A stretch of DNA of 64,000 nucleotides. Source: Macrostomum lignano (taxonomy: Eukaryota). The stretch lies in assembly GCA_002269645.1 (NCBI GenBank), contig NIVC01002487.1, forward strand, positions 1 to 64,000, given 5' to 3'. A program made the position numbers and the translations under genes. The notes under the pieces are model-generated. The model did not search any database. It saw nothing but the letters and a program-made list of their open reading frames with translations, and was not told the origin of the DNA. Each line of letters starts with the position of its first letter. Position 1 is the first letter of the stretch. Below, in pieces: positions 23,370 to 40,000 of this stretch.

Positions 23370-24246
23370 GCTTGAATTAGCGTCAACGATATCTCAAGGT
23401 GCACGCGGTAGTTAATCCTTCGTGTGGATGTTGCTGTCGTTAAGAAGGAAATGGTGGCTAGATTTACTTACTCGCGGCTTATATTTTACAACTTAATCCT
23501 GTGGGGTGCATATTTAATGAGAGAGTCGGTAAAATATGCCAATGTGCCATATGCCATATGGCTCGCGGTGCGTCACCGATTGATAGGAAAAATCATTTTT
23601 TATGCTTGCTCTTATTTTTCTAATCTATCGAATTTGAGACCGCGTCACTACGACCAGTTCGATCTAGCAAGCACTAAACTGAATCCATTATGCTAATCCA
23701 TGCCTCCATCCAAGCCTCAAGGGAACTCAAGCTGCTGGCTTGGATAATATCAAATAATTTGATTTATTTGCCGCCTAAAGCGCGAATTTTTTGCAGCTAT
23801 GAAAAACTGAGCGAATTTCATGATGCAGCCTGTCTGAGAGCATGTATTAATATCTTTCTATAACATTCAATATATATATCAGCAAAACTCACCTGTTAGT
23901 ACGTTGAGACAAGCTCCAGTTCAAGAGAAGTTCTGGACTAAAAACCCGCTCGTGCCGCTGGAGGACCTGCGTCTCGAGCTGTTATAAGCTTTCAATAACA
24001 AAATTCGAGAGAATGAAACGACTGAACTGGATTTGATGCCAACCAATCGTGATTGGTTCTGGAGTTAATGAAAGCTTTAAACACGGGATGAGAGTGCAGG
24101 GCTGTGAGGGGATTTTTCTGTCCTCAGGTAGTAGGGAATTTTCCTTCTCTAAAAATCCAAAGCCTGATGCTTCTAATCCATCTCAGACTGTAGGGAATTT
24201 AAAAACCACCGCTTTTCAAAGATAGCAAATTCTTTCTTAATAAGTC

Positions 24247-24288
24247 TTCTGTCTCTATCTGTCTGCCCGTCTGTCTGTCTGTCTGCCC

Positions 24289-24330
<42 letters not shown>

Positions 24331-24340
24331 CTCTCTGTCC

Positions 24341-24398
<58 letters not shown>

Positions 24399-24408
24399 CT
24401 CTCTGTCC

Positions 24409-24474
<66 letters not shown>

Positions 24475-24517
24475 GTGTCGTGTCTGTGTGTCTGTCTGTC
24501 TGTCTGTCTGTCTGTAG

Positions 24518-24615
<98 letters not shown>

Positions 24616-24654
24616 GTGTCGTTTCTGTGTGTCTGTCTGTCTGTCTGTCTGTAG

Positions 24655-24709
<55 letters not shown>

Positions 24710-24740
24710 AGAGTGTCTGTCTGTCTATCTGTCTGTCTGT
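24247..24740. repeat. (TCTG)n microsatellite
   Basis: Long interrupted TCTG run. Confidence 0.95.
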
Positions 24741-25082
24741 GTAACTAGCTGGCTGCTATTAGGAACGGCTAGTTTGATTGTGCGTCTCAAAATTGCTCAT
24801 AGAGTTCCACTCGAGATGGCCTCAGGCATGCTCAATTTTCTTCACTTGGGAGTTCGCAGGTGCTCAAGAAATGTTTCATTAACTCAAGCCTTCAAAAGGC
24901 TCGAACTAGTTTGCTTACAAGCGTACTTACAACGTACTTCCCTTACTTTCTCTGATCCGTTAAAATCGACTCATCTTCTCCGAGGTCTAATTAACCTGCC
25001 TTGATTCATTCTATAAGACTCTGTCGAATCTTTTTTCACAAATTTTCAGATTTTTTTGATTAGACCAACATGTCCTAATGGT

Positions 25083-25410
25083 TCTATCTGCATCTATCTA
25101 CATGGTGTCACTGTCGATTGTGTCTGATCTACACGGTGTCACTGTCGATTGTGTCTGATCTACACGGTGTCACTGTCGATTGTGTCTGATCTACACGGTG
25201 TGTCTGATCTACAAGGTGTCACTGTCGATTGTGTCTGATCTACACGGTGTGTCTGATCTACAAGGTGTCACTGTCGATTGTGTCTGATCTACACAGTGTC
25301 ACTGTCGATTGTGCCTGATCTACACGGTGTCACTGTCAATTGTCTCTGATCTACACAGTGTCACTGTCGATTGTGTCTGATCTACACGGTGTCACTGTCG
25401 ATTGCGTCTG
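25083..25410. repeat. 31-bp tandem repeat (TCTACACGGTGTCACTGTCGATTGTGTCTGA)
   Basis: About 10 copies, some internally deleted. Confidence 0.9.
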
Positions 25411-25641
25411 GTACTATTGTCGACAGTTTAGTATTTGAGACTTTTTGATGCCATCTTTTTGAGTAGCTGGATCTGGTCTCTGTCTAAGTTTCGTGCGATA
25501 CTGTTTTGTTTAAACTTCTGAAAGAATTTCTGATTTTTATTATCCAGGAGTATTATAGTCTATGGTAAGTCGGTTTTTGTTCTTATAAAGCATTTTTTCC
25601 GCGAGCAAACACTGAGAATTCTAGTATTAGAATAATTTTAG

Positions 25642-28746
<3,105 letters not shown>

Positions 28747-28859
28747 TTGATTCGATACTGCAGTTTGATGTACGAGCTACCGTTTACAGTTGTGGACTTG
28801 GTGTAGGGTTGCGGAAGGGTCTGGACTGTTTTGCGATCCTGTTTATCTCCTCTATTAGC

Positions 28860-29865
28860 TTTGTGTCCCTGTCTGTCCCTGTCTGTCCCTGTCTGTCTGT
28901 CCCTGTCTGCCTTTGTCTGTCCCTGCCTGTCCCTGCCTGTCTTTGTCTGTCCCTGTCTGTCTTTGTCTGTCCCTGCCTGTCTTTGTCTTTGTCTGTCCCT
29001 GCCTGTCCCTGCCTGTCTTTGTCTGTCCCTGTCTGTCTTTGTCTGTCCCTGTCTGTCTTTGTCTGTCCCTGCCTGTCTTTGTCTGTCCCTGTCTGCCTTT
29101 GTCTGTCCCTGCCTGTCCCTGCCTGTCTTTGTCTGTCCCTGTCTGTCTTTGTCTGTCCCTGCCTGTCTTTGTCTGTCCCTGTCTGCCTTTGTCTGTCCCT
29201 GCCTGTCCCTGCCTGTCTTTGTCTGTCCCTGCCTGTCTTTGTCTGTCCCTGCCTGTCTTTATCTGTCCCTGCCTGTCTTTGTCTGTCCCTGTCTTTGTCT
29301 GTCCCTGTCTGTCTTTGTATGTCCCTGTCTGCCTTTGTCTGTCCCTGCCTGTCCCTGCCTGTCTGTCTGTCCCTGCCTGTCTTTGTCTGTCCCTGTCTGT
29401 CTTTGTCTGTCCCTGTCTGTCTTTGTATGTCCCTGTCTGCCTTTGTCTGTCCCTGCCTGTCCCTGCCTGTCTTTGTCTGTCCCTGCCTGTCTTTGTCTGT
29501 CCCTGTCTGTCTTTGTATGTCCCTGCCTGTCTTTGTCTGTCCATGTCTGTCTTTGTATGTCCCTGTCTGCCTTTGTCTGTCCCTGCCTGTCTTTATCTGT
29601 CCCTGCCTGTCTTTGTCTGTCCCTGTCTTTGTCTGTCCCTGTCTTTGTCTGTCCCTGTCTGCCTTTGTATGTCCCTGTCTGCCTTTGTCTGTCCCTGCCT
29701 GTCTTTATCTGTCCCTGCCTGTCTTTGTCTGTCCCTGTCTTTGTCTGTCCCTGCCTGTCTTTGTCTGTCCCTGCCTGTCTTTATCTGTCCCTGTCTGTCT
29801 TTTTCTGTCTCGTGTCTGTCTCTGTCTGTCCCTGTCTGTCTTTGCCTGTCCCTATCTGTCAGTGT
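28860..29865. repeat. Compound CTGT/CCCTGT/CTTTGT simple-sequence satellite
   Basis: Pyrimidine-rich low-complexity tract just after the stop of the two-TM gene. Confidence 0.93.
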
Positions 29866-31539
29866 CCTCTGTTCTGTTCCCTCTTCTATCTTCTCCCCCT
29901 GTACCTTCCCAGTTTTCTCCCACTGCATGGCAGTGACTTATTGTTTAACCCCGGTCACATCCCCCAGCAAAACATGTAACGAACTGCAGGCGCACAGTCA
30001 GCGAGAGGTTCGCTTCACCTCAGCCATGCATAATGCACGGTTGGTGAAGAAATTTCTGCCGTGTTTTACGACCTCCAAAGCTGTTATTATGGCCGCTGCA
30101 CCGCGATCGGGAGTCGGTTACGCATTAGTTAATAATAAATCAGACATTGTTAACATGAGCACAGCGGCTTGTTCCATGGGCTCTGGCTAAACGGGCTCAG
30201 TGACAGACGGGATGCTGCCCGTGGGCCAACTAAAATAAGCCAGAAGCTAAGGACGTTGTAAAATTAGTTATCGAGATTTCGGAAATTTTCAGTTCCTTTT
30301 TTAGCATTACGAAGCCGAACTGCCTATAGCTTCACCTTATTAAACTTCTGAATTGTAAACTGAAGAACTGTGTGTTTTGTCAGCCTATTTGCAAGTTCAG
30401 TTCACGGTGAGATGTGTTCTAGTTATTGTTAAATAAAACAGCAATTTCTGTCAACATTTTGCAGCAACAATCCGGACTTCACAGCTATGAAAGCCAAACC
30501 CCTCCAAGGCACTGCATGGTGCTGTGTGACGATATCTGATTTGCTTTGCATCAAACCTTTGCATCAAAGAGCCGAATGCTCAGTTCAAGTAAGGAATGTA
30601 AAAGGCAGCACGAGCTGATAACTTGATTGCTCAATTGTTTGATCTCAGCACGCACGCAAACTCAGTCTCTGAGCTGTCTGGCTCATGTCATGTCCTCACG
30701 TCTAAATATGGCCGGATGTTTTGGCACTGCATTGGCGCACTGCTTTGTTGTCAAAAATAGCTTTCGAACCTGTAAATCTAAACTCTATCTGATCCAAATT
30801 TTATCGATTTAATAAATTTTAAACTTTGAGCAGTGAGTTGTGGGATCTCAGCTCTAGGCAGGTATGCTGACTGCTTCAACTTGAAGCGTAAACTATAATG
30901 AGACGTGGCATCTGAGCAGGTGCATTGCGGGCGCCTCAACTTTGCGAAGATGCGCTCTGTATGACTATAATTTAGCAATTTTCCTAGGGAATTGCTGCTC
31001 GCTTGTTGTTGTTTTTCCTGAATAGCAATGGCTCCGGCTATTGTCAGAAAATTTTGCAGTCGGCCTCCCTCGCTTCTGCCTTCTGTATGTAGCGTTTCGT
31101 ATAATTACAGTCACAGACTGTTTGAGCGCAGGTAAGACTCGAAGTTCTGCCTATAATTAACATTCTGTCAAACAGAATTTCAGACTGTCTTGAGAAATTT
31201 TCTTCGAATTGATGCCGACAACTACAAGATCGAATTCAAATTTTAATCTGACTGAGTGGCATCTTGTCACTCGAGAATTGTTTTGAGTAGGACGAGGCTG
31301 CAGAGCTTCATTCAGACTGAGTGCAGATTGGTTGGGCTTATTTGCATTTTCGGCAGAACAGTAGTATATGCTAATTAAGTTGTTGAGCAGTGGGCGCTGA
31401 GAAACCGTAGTCTGAATAACCGCTGATAAAGATTCATTAAGGAAAAAGGAGGTAGCCTAAGTATACATAATCAAACTTCGAACTAAGGACCACTGGAAGT
31501 TACCGTTACAATATACAACACCACAGTGTTATCTTGTAT

Positions 31540-32200
31540 ATTGGAAACCTGCGGTGCTTCTTAGAAAACCCAATGGTACATCTAGAAAGCATTTATAGGT
31601 TTCTTAAAAGAAACTCACGAAGTTTCTTAGAAATCAAGTGAAACCTTACCAAAACCCGGTGATATCTCTTCAACTGTCTACGATGCTTCTTAGAAAACCC
31701 AGCATATTTCTTAGAAATCCTTAGATACTTCATTGAAACCCGATGATGCTTTTTTGTAAGAAGGCCCAAGATACTGCATCGAAACCTCGGGATTATTCGT
31801 GAAAAGTTAGCGATTATTTTTTAACGGGATATTATTTCATAGAAAACCTACCGATATTTCTTAGAAATCATGCGGATACTTTATCACAAGACCGACGATC
31901 GTATCTCTTAGCAGGCATATAATGCGTTTTAAAGAACTGTGGAACTTTTGTAATAAATCCACTATTATTCTTAGAAATCATAATAACGTCATTAAAAATC
32001 GACGGTCTCTTAGAAAGCCAATTAAAATTCTTAGAAAAACTTATGTTCTAAGTTTAACGTTTTTCCTCAGAAAACCCGAGTCGTTTCTTAGAAACGATTT
32101 TCTAAGAATCGTGGATTTTCTCTCAGAAATCCCTAGTAGAAAACTCTAAAATATGTTTTGATAAATCCTACCTAATTTTTTTAAAAGATCAAGACTTTTT
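31540..32200. repeat. Highly degenerate repeat region seeded with TTCTTAGAAA
   Basis: TTCTTAGAAA or TTTCTAAGAA recurs at irregular spacing. Confidence 0.55.
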
Positions 32201-33149
32201 TAAAATATGAGCGTTTATAAGTTTTCCTAAACTTAAAAAATCTGGATTAATAGGATACTATATAGTCAGAATATTTTCTGTGAATCCTGTGCAAAACCTG
32301 CGACAGTCTCTTTGCCTAATTTAGTAATAGAAAATACGAGCCACCTTCGATCCCAGTCCCAGATCTCAATCCCCATTGGTCAGGGCCACGCCTTGCTGAC
32401 AATTATATCTATCAGCTAGTCTCTCTATAAAAAGCATGCAAGAAAATCTCGCTTTAGAGACGCCGACTCTTGACAGTACAAGACAAAATCTGAGCAATCG
32501 TTGCGCGGTTACTGAATTCTCGATCTTTACCCAACATAATCCTGTGAACCATTTTCTTATTGGTAAGTGTGACAAGGCGGATTGATTTAGAACTTTTGCA
32601 TATGCTTTTGTGTCTCTTCTGGAGCGATGAAGCATATTACTTGTATCTGTCTGCTTATTTTCAAATTCTGATCCGTATTGATTGACAGAGTCTGGGAAAG
32701 AAACAGAAGCGGTTTAAACGCTCAAATCAATGGCCATTATCCGGGGGGGGGGATTACAGAGGGGACCAGCTGCCACAAGTGCAATGGACAGGCCGGTCCG
32801 GCCCTTCTTGTTGCTTCTAGTTATTTTTCTTGCATCAATTTCTTGCAGTTGAGTTTGGCCTGAGCCGCTTGCAGAACCAGCTTAAAAGTAAAAAATTTTG
32901 CCCAGATATGCTTTAAACATTATTGGAACAGTTACCAACTATGTAAGAAACTTTTTGTTTCTCAGCTGAGTGCTGTGAAGCTCGTGGCTTTGTTTAGCGT
33001 TTTGTTATCGAAGTTTTTCTCAGATTTTTAGCTACAGTACACTTGAAATTTTACGCTTCGTTTACATGAATTCGGTGGGTGTCTGAAAGGATGCAAAATG
33101 CAAGAAAAACATGGAGTCCTTTAAAAGAAGAATTGAAAATCAATTGGGG

Positions 33150-33516
33150 TTGTCGGCACATCAAAGGACTTGAAATCAATGGGAGGGTGTCGGCACATCA
33201 AAGGAAGGACTTGAAATTAATGGGGGTTGTCGGCACATTAAAGGAAGGACTTGAAATCAATGGGGGTTGTCGGCCCTTCAAAGGAAGGACTTGAAATCAA
33301 TGGGGGGTTGTCGGCACTTCAAAGAAAGGACCTGAAATCAATGGGGGGGGGTTGTAGGCACTTCAAAGAAAGGACCTGAAATCAATGGGGGGTTGTAGGC
33401 ACTTCAAAGAAAGGACCTGAAATCAATGGGGGGGTTGTAGGCACTTCAAAGAAAGGACCTGAAATCAATGGGGGGGTTGTAGGCACTTCAAAGAAAGGAC
33501 CTGAAATCAATGGGGG
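33150..33516. repeat. ~41-42-bp tandem repeat (GAAATCAATGGGGGGGTTGTAGGCACTTCAAAGAAAGGACCT)
   Basis: About 9 copies immediately upstream of the second prohormone. Confidence 0.9.
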
Positions 33517-33589
33517 TAGGTGGCCTTAAGAGTCACAAACTTACGCTTGCACTATGCTTTCGTTGATGCAGGATCTGAACTTTGCAAGA

Positions 33590-34428
33590 ATGCTCGGTCA
33601 GCAACACAAAAGCGGCACGGGATGCGTCATCATGATTGCTTGTTTTCTCATCATGAGCTTTATCTCAGCTACCTGTCTGGCTCTGCCTCAGCAGAGTCGA
33701 GATGGCGCTTCGAACGTAGTCGACTTTGAAAACGAGGGCGACTTCTCGGACGCTGCTAGCTCTGTTCCGACTGACGACCAGTTCGAGCGCGTGAGTAAAT
33801 AGTTTACTTACTCAGGTGGGTTCGTAGAGAGCCTCTAATACGAGCGTCTTATACGTGCATCATCGTAGATTTACAAAACAGGCGAGAGCCTAAACTCTCT
33901 AAAGGTCCGATCGTGGAGAGCCCCGATTTTTTGGGAGACTCGTAGGAGTCCAAAACTTTTGGAGGCTTCGTCGAGAGCTTTTGTTGCAGCTATTAGAGAT
34001 GTTTATAGATAGAGAGCCTCAACGCGTAGAAAGATTCGTCTTGCAAAGAAGTAGGAGCCTAAATAAGGTCTACATAAATGTAAGAGCGTCGAGAGCCTCA
34101 AAGTAAATGGAGAGTGAAAATTCTGTCTGTCGATTTTTCGAAAATCTCCTGAAATCTCCGTAATTCCATTACGATGAGAGCCTCAACTCTTCAAACAGTT
34201 CGTAGGGAGCCTCAACTCTAGGGCCTTTGGTACGTAAAATAGCAAGAAACATAAGAAGCCAATTCAATAATCCGATTCCAGCGTCGTGAGCTGATGCAGA
34301 AGATTCGCAGCTTCCTGCTCCATCATCGGGGCCAATCGCCGAGCAATCAGGAGCTGCGGAAGCGCCACTCTGGCACAATGTCAATGAAGAAGATTCGGAC
34401 GATGTTCGACATGCTTCGCACCGGTTGA
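33590..34428 (+). CDS. Two-exon neuropeptide prohormone yielding a predicted amidated peptide HSGTMSMKKIRTMFDMLRT-NH2
   Basis: Exon 33590-33790 encodes a signal peptide (MLGQQHKSGTGCVIMIACFLIMSFISATCLA) and an acidic pro-region, ending CGC|GTGAGT. Exon 34282-34428 (TTCCAG|CGT) reads RRELMQKIRSFLLHHRGQSPSNQELRKRHSGTMSMKKIRTMFDMLRTG-stop. Total 115 aa; an upstream in-frame ATG at 33554 is an alternative start. Confidence 0.82.
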
Positions 34429-34754
34429 GATTGAGAACATCTATCAAATAGTCGAGGCTCTACTCAATTATTGATCGTCTAATTGGCAAACAGATTTTTA
34501 ACTAACCTTCGTGTTGCTTGCTGACAGCTATTTTATTAACCATCCTCGCTAGCTCCGTCTCGCTTAAACTTAGACCAGCGTATCCATAGCGACTGTAGAA
34601 GCTGAGTAATGTTCAACTTTAGACAGAAAAATAAACCCGTGTACTGGCGATTTAGCTTTGCCATGTTGTAGGCCCCGAGTCGGGAACCTATTGCCTCACT
34701 TCAGTTGAGCATTCACTGATTTTTTCTTTTGACTACAACGGAGGTCACTACAAG

Positions 34755-35030
34755 GAGGTCAAGAGTGTCACACAGAAGTCACCCAAGAGTGTCACACAGA
34801 AGTCACTCAAGAGTATCACATAGAAGTCACTCGCGAGTGTCACACAGAAGTCACTCAAGAGTGTCACATAGAAGTCACTCGCGAGTGTCACACAGAAGTC
34901 ACCCAAGAGTGTCACACAGAAGTCACTCGCGAGTGTCACACAGAAGTCACCCAAGAGTGCCACACAAAAGTCACTCAAGAGTGTCACACAGAAGTCACTC
35001 AAGAGTGGCACACAGAAGTTACTCAAGAGT
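34755..35030. repeat. 24-bp tandem repeat (AAGAGTGTCACACAGAAGTCACTC)
   Basis: About 11 copies. Confidence 0.9.
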
Positions 35031-35934
35031 GTCAAGTAGGCCCTAATCAAGTCAAAGTAATTTCCTACATGTACTGCAATCATATTGACTTCATATTTTC
35101 CAGAATCTTCCCTCAAACACAATAGCCATTTGCGTCAGACTGAGGTCTAACCGAACAGATAATGACAGACAATGCGACACAAAACGCAAAGGCAGCCTGA
35201 GAGACAAGGGCGAAAAAATCAAGAAAACCCAATTATGTGATTTTTGCTTTTTGCTTAACTGCATGTTTATTAAAGGATAGAATTCTGTCAGGTAGGGGAA
35301 GTCAAGGCGCAAAAACTAGACAAATTGTAGTGCGCGTGCACACTTCTACCGTATTAGCGTTGAAGATCTACCTTCTGAAAAAGAAACTAGATTTCGTAAA
35401 AACAGCACTTTTCATTCCGGAAAATTACCCTATCTAAATTTTATCGAAACATTTTCTGGATTCCAAATTCAAAGCAATAAAAAGTCTATATATTTTTTCT
35501 ACCAAAAAATACGTGAAACGCTATCACTTAATCGCTTGTTGAGAGGACATGCGCTTTTAAAGGGCTGTCTATTACAGCACTAGCGTAATAATAGAACCCA
35601 AGGCAAAGTTAATTAGCTATATTCCTTTGCAACGACTGTCATCGCAAAAAAGTATTCACTTTTTTCAGAGATTTTCTTCTTGCGTCTTCCGGTTCAGTAG
35701 GCCGAACCAGACTTCATTATTCTGCCTTGGATTGTGTTGGGCACGACTGGAATGCGAAGAAATTATCGTTATAAATTACGGATTCTTGTGATAATAAATT
35801 TCTGTTATAACCATGCCCTTCTTCTATTACTATCAGTAGAAACTTTGCGAATGACTTAAATAGAACGCGACTATAGAAGCCTGTTTAAATAGGACTGTAT
35901 GAAAAGAACAGTTAGACATGACAAGCTACATAGT

Positions 35935-36958
35935 GAAGGTGAGAAGCTACCTGTTAGGGACATGAGAAAGCCACCAGTTAGAGACATGAGAAGCTACCTG
36001 TTAGAGACATGAGAAGCTACCTGTTAGAGACATGAGTAGCTACCTGTTAGAGACATGAGAAGATACCTGTTAGAGACATAAGAAGCCACCTGTTAGAGAC
36101 ATGAGAAGCTACCTGTTAGAGACATGAGCAGCTACCTGTTCGCGACATGAGAAGCTACCTGTTAGAGACATGAGAAGCCACCTGTTAGAGACATGAGAAG
36201 CCACCTGTTAGGGATATGAAAAGCCACCTGTTAGAGACATGAGCAGCTACCTGTTAGAGACATGAAAAGCTACCTGCTAGAGACATGAGAAAGCCACCAG
36301 TTAGAGACATGAGAAGCTACCTGTTAGAGACATGAGAAGCTACCTGTTAGAGACATGAGTAGCTACCTGTTAGAGACATGAGAAGATACCTGTTAGAGAC
36401 ATAAGAAGCCACCTGTTAGAGACATGAGAAGCTACCTGTTAGAGACATGAGCAGCTACCTGTTCGCGACATGAGAAGCTACCTGTTAGAGACATGAGAAG
36501 CCACCTGTTAGAGACATGAGAAGCCACCTGTTAGGGATATGAAAAGCCACCTGTTAGAGACATGAGCAGCTACCTGTTAGAGACATGAAAAGCTACCTGC
36601 TAGAGACATGAGAAGCTACCTGTTAGAGACACGAGAAGCTACCTGCTAGAGACATGAGAAGCTACCTGCTAGAGACATGAGAAGCTACCTGTTAGAGACA
36701 TGAGAAGCTACCTGTTAGAGACATGAGAAGCTACCTGCTAGAGACATGAGAAGCTACCTGCTAGAGACATGAGAAGCTACCTGTTAGAGACATGAGAAGC
36801 TACCTGCTAGAGACATGAGAAGCTACCTGCTAGAGACATGAGAAGCTACCTGTTAGAGACATGAGAAGCTACCTGTTAGAGACATGAGAAGCTACCTGCT
36901 AGAGACATGAGAAGCCTGCTAGAGACATGAGAAGCTACCTGCTAGAGACATGAGAACC
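35935..36958. repeat. 23-bp tandem repeat (GAGACATGAGAAGCTACCTGTTA)
   Basis: About 44 copies. Variant units recur about 323 bp apart (CGCGAC variant at 36141 and 36464). Confidence 0.93.
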
Positions 36959-37048
36959 TTTCCTGTTAGACACACTGACTAAGCTACCCTGAAGCAGTTG
37001 GTTATGAATGCATGGGCCTGATCTAACCCCTTAACCACAGCTCCCCCC

Positions 37049-40000
37049 TCAGCTCACGCGGTGCGGGCTGCCTATCTTCGAACCAGTACTTGGTTCCAGT
37101 TTTGGCACGTTGCAGCGCCTGCGATCTGTACAAATCGCCTCGGCTGGCGGAGCCCAGAGGGATTCCGGCGGCGTTGCGCGGCTGCACCTTTGGTGCCAGG
37201 CGGCTGTTGACGCTGAGGCCGCCGAACCCGGCAGCTCCCGGGTAGCCGTGCGGAGGAAAGCGGCGACAGTCATCCTCCTTGACGTTGCCTGGTCGGGGGG
37301 GAAGGGGGTAGTTGCTGCTGAAACTGTGACTTTTTGCTACTAATAGTAGTTGCCCATTTTAATTAGATTCGATAAATATGCTGAAAAATTCCAGTGTAAA
37401 AAGTCAGGTTTCGGTGTCAGAAGTCAGATTTCAGTGTCCAAGGTTAGATATCAGTGTCAGAAGTCAGATGTCAGTGTCAGAAGTCAGATATCAGTGTCAG
37501 AAGTCAGATATCAGTGTCAGAAGTCAGATGTCAGTGTCAGAAGTCAGATGTCAGTGTCAGAAGTCAGATGTCAGTGTCAGAAGTCAAATGTCAGTGTCAG
37601 AAGTCAGATGTCAGTGTCAGAAGTCAGATGTCAGTGTCAGAAGTCAGATGTCAGTGTAAGAAGTCAGATGTCAGTGTCAGAAGTCGGTGTCGGTGTCAGA
37701 AGTCAGATGTCGGTGTCAGAAGTCAGGTGTCGGTGTCAGAAGTCAGATGTCGGTGTCAGAAGTCAGGTATCAGTGTCAGAAGTCAGGTGTCGGTGTCAAA
37801 GGTCAGATACAGTGTCAGAAGTCAGGTGTCGGTGTCAGAAGTCAGGTGTCGGTGTCAAAGGTCAGATACAGTGTCAGAAGTCAGGTGTCGGTGTCAGAAG
37901 TCAGGTGTCGGTGTCAAAGGTCAGATTTCAGTGTCAGAAGTCAGATGTCAGTGTCAGAAGTCAGATGTCGGTGTCAGAAGTCAGGTATCGGTGTCAGAGG
38001 TCTGATGTCAGTGTCAAAGGTCAGATTTCAGTGTCAGAAGTCAGATGTCAGTGTCAGAAGTCAGATGTCGGTGTCAGAGGTCTGATGTCAGTGTCAAAGG
38101 TCAGATTTCAGTGTCAGAAGTCAGATGTCGGTGTCAGAGGTCAGGTATCGGTGTCAAAGGTCAGATACAGTGTCAGAAGTCAGGTGTCGGTGTCAGAAGT
38201 CAGGTGTCGGTGTCAAAGGTCAGATTTCAGTGTCAGAAGTCAGATGTCAGTGTCAGAAGTCAGATGTCGGTGTCAGAGGTCAGGTATCGGTGTCAGAGGT
38301 CTGATGTCAGTGTCAAAGGTCAGATGTCGGTGTCAGAAGTCAGATGTCAGTGTCAGAAGTCAGATGTCGGTGTCAGAGGTCTGATGTCAGTGTCAAAGGT
38401 CAGATGTCAGTGTCAGAAGTCAGATGTCGGTGTCAGAGGTCAGATTTCAGTGTCAGAAGTCAGATGTCGGTGTCAGAGGTCAGATTTCAGTGTCAGAAGT
38501 CAGATGTCGGTGTCAGAGGTCAGATTTCAGTGTCATCTTTTCATATCTTCGCACACAAACCCGGTAGGTAGAGGCAGCGCCACTCACCGTCGATAAACAT
38601 GATATTGTTGCCCAAATTGCCGGTGCACTGCCGCACGTGTCGCCAGCAGCTGCCGTTACGACCCGAACGAAACACCGGCGATCCATCCAGTGGATGCGCC
38701 TGCTGCTGCGAGCGCGACTGCGACAGCGCCGGCTCAAGGAGGCGCAGCTGAGCCGGGTCCAGCACCGGCAGGGTCTGGTAGCCGGGCAGTTGCCATGGAG
38801 ACAAGAGCACGAATGGCTGCTGCTGCTGCTTCTGTCCGTTGCCAGCAGTCGGTCCGCTCTGAACTCCAGGCACATAGTAGGGGTAGAAAAGGGCGCCACC
38901 GCCTGACGCCAGGCCGCCCGGCTGATCAGCTTCGGTGCTCTGGCCGGCGCTGACACCCATGGCCGGCGGCAGGGCCGCGTCGGTCTACGTTTAATTAATT
39001 ATTATAGTGGGGATTAACTACTTAGTAAAATGAGTTTATTAGTAGTATAAAAGAGTTTAATTCACTAAATATTATGGTTACCTAATTTGATTTTTGAAAT
39101 TCAGATATGTGAATATGCTGCTGGTTGAACTCTCGACTTACAGAGAATTTTTAGAATCCGGATAATTATCGAAGAGAGAGAGAGAGTTAGGAAATCCAGG
39201 TGATTATCGAATAGCGACTTAAATTCTCACCGAAAAAACCCAAGGAATCGAAAACTAGAAAATCATCAGAAGATCCGCTTCTCATCACACCCTACCTGAA
39301 TCTCCATATTTCTCTTCATCGCGCTGGGCGCCCGCCGGATGGGCACGTACTGCGGCCAGCAGGAGGCGTCCGCGGTGGATCTCAGCGACATCTGGGATCC
39401 GGATCTGGAGTGGGGAAAAGTGCAACACGATGACTCAGCAACAGCTTACTGCTAGCAGAGGGTGCGGGATATACCATGCCAGCGGCCCAGGCTCGATTCC
39501 AAGTGCAGTCGCATTAATTTAGGGCTAAATTGGAATCTCGGCTTGGCTCTGCTCGTGCAATTAACGGCCTTGAGGGCCAACCCCCCAAGGCACAGTGAAG
39601 TGTACATGACTGACGATTAAAAAGTCAGTGGGCAGCTGTACACCTTGTGTGAGCGCGTGTATGAGAGTGCCTGCTGGTTAAATAAATTCAAAACCCAATC
39701 CAACTCATTAAGCGAAGTGAAAGTCTAGACTGCAGCTATGGACCTCTGTTTGAGCAATGCCGTGTTTAAACAAAAACTGTCTACGAAATTGGAGCTGCAT
39801 GGTCTCAGAACTAAAGTGCAATATTCTAAGCTAGAGGCAGGATTCAATGTAGGATTCCAGGAAATCTTTGAGATAGAAGCGCAACTTTACAACTCAATAT
39901 TCACTGTCGGCGCTTACACTATTAAGACACTTAGCGCTTGCATTTCTAAGACAGTTGAAGCTTACATTTCTAAGACAGTTGATGCTTGCATTTCTAAGAC

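Noticed and set aside
34169-34447. 92-aa minus-strand ORF (MIDVLNLNRC...)
   Set aside because: It is the antisense shadow of prohormone 2 exon 2, and the plus frame has the splice and processing signals.
37350-38596. Overlapping Cys-rich SEVRCQCQK ORFs resembling metallothionein or keratin-associated proteins
   Set aside because: They come from a 20-bp intronic repeat that cycles through all three frames.
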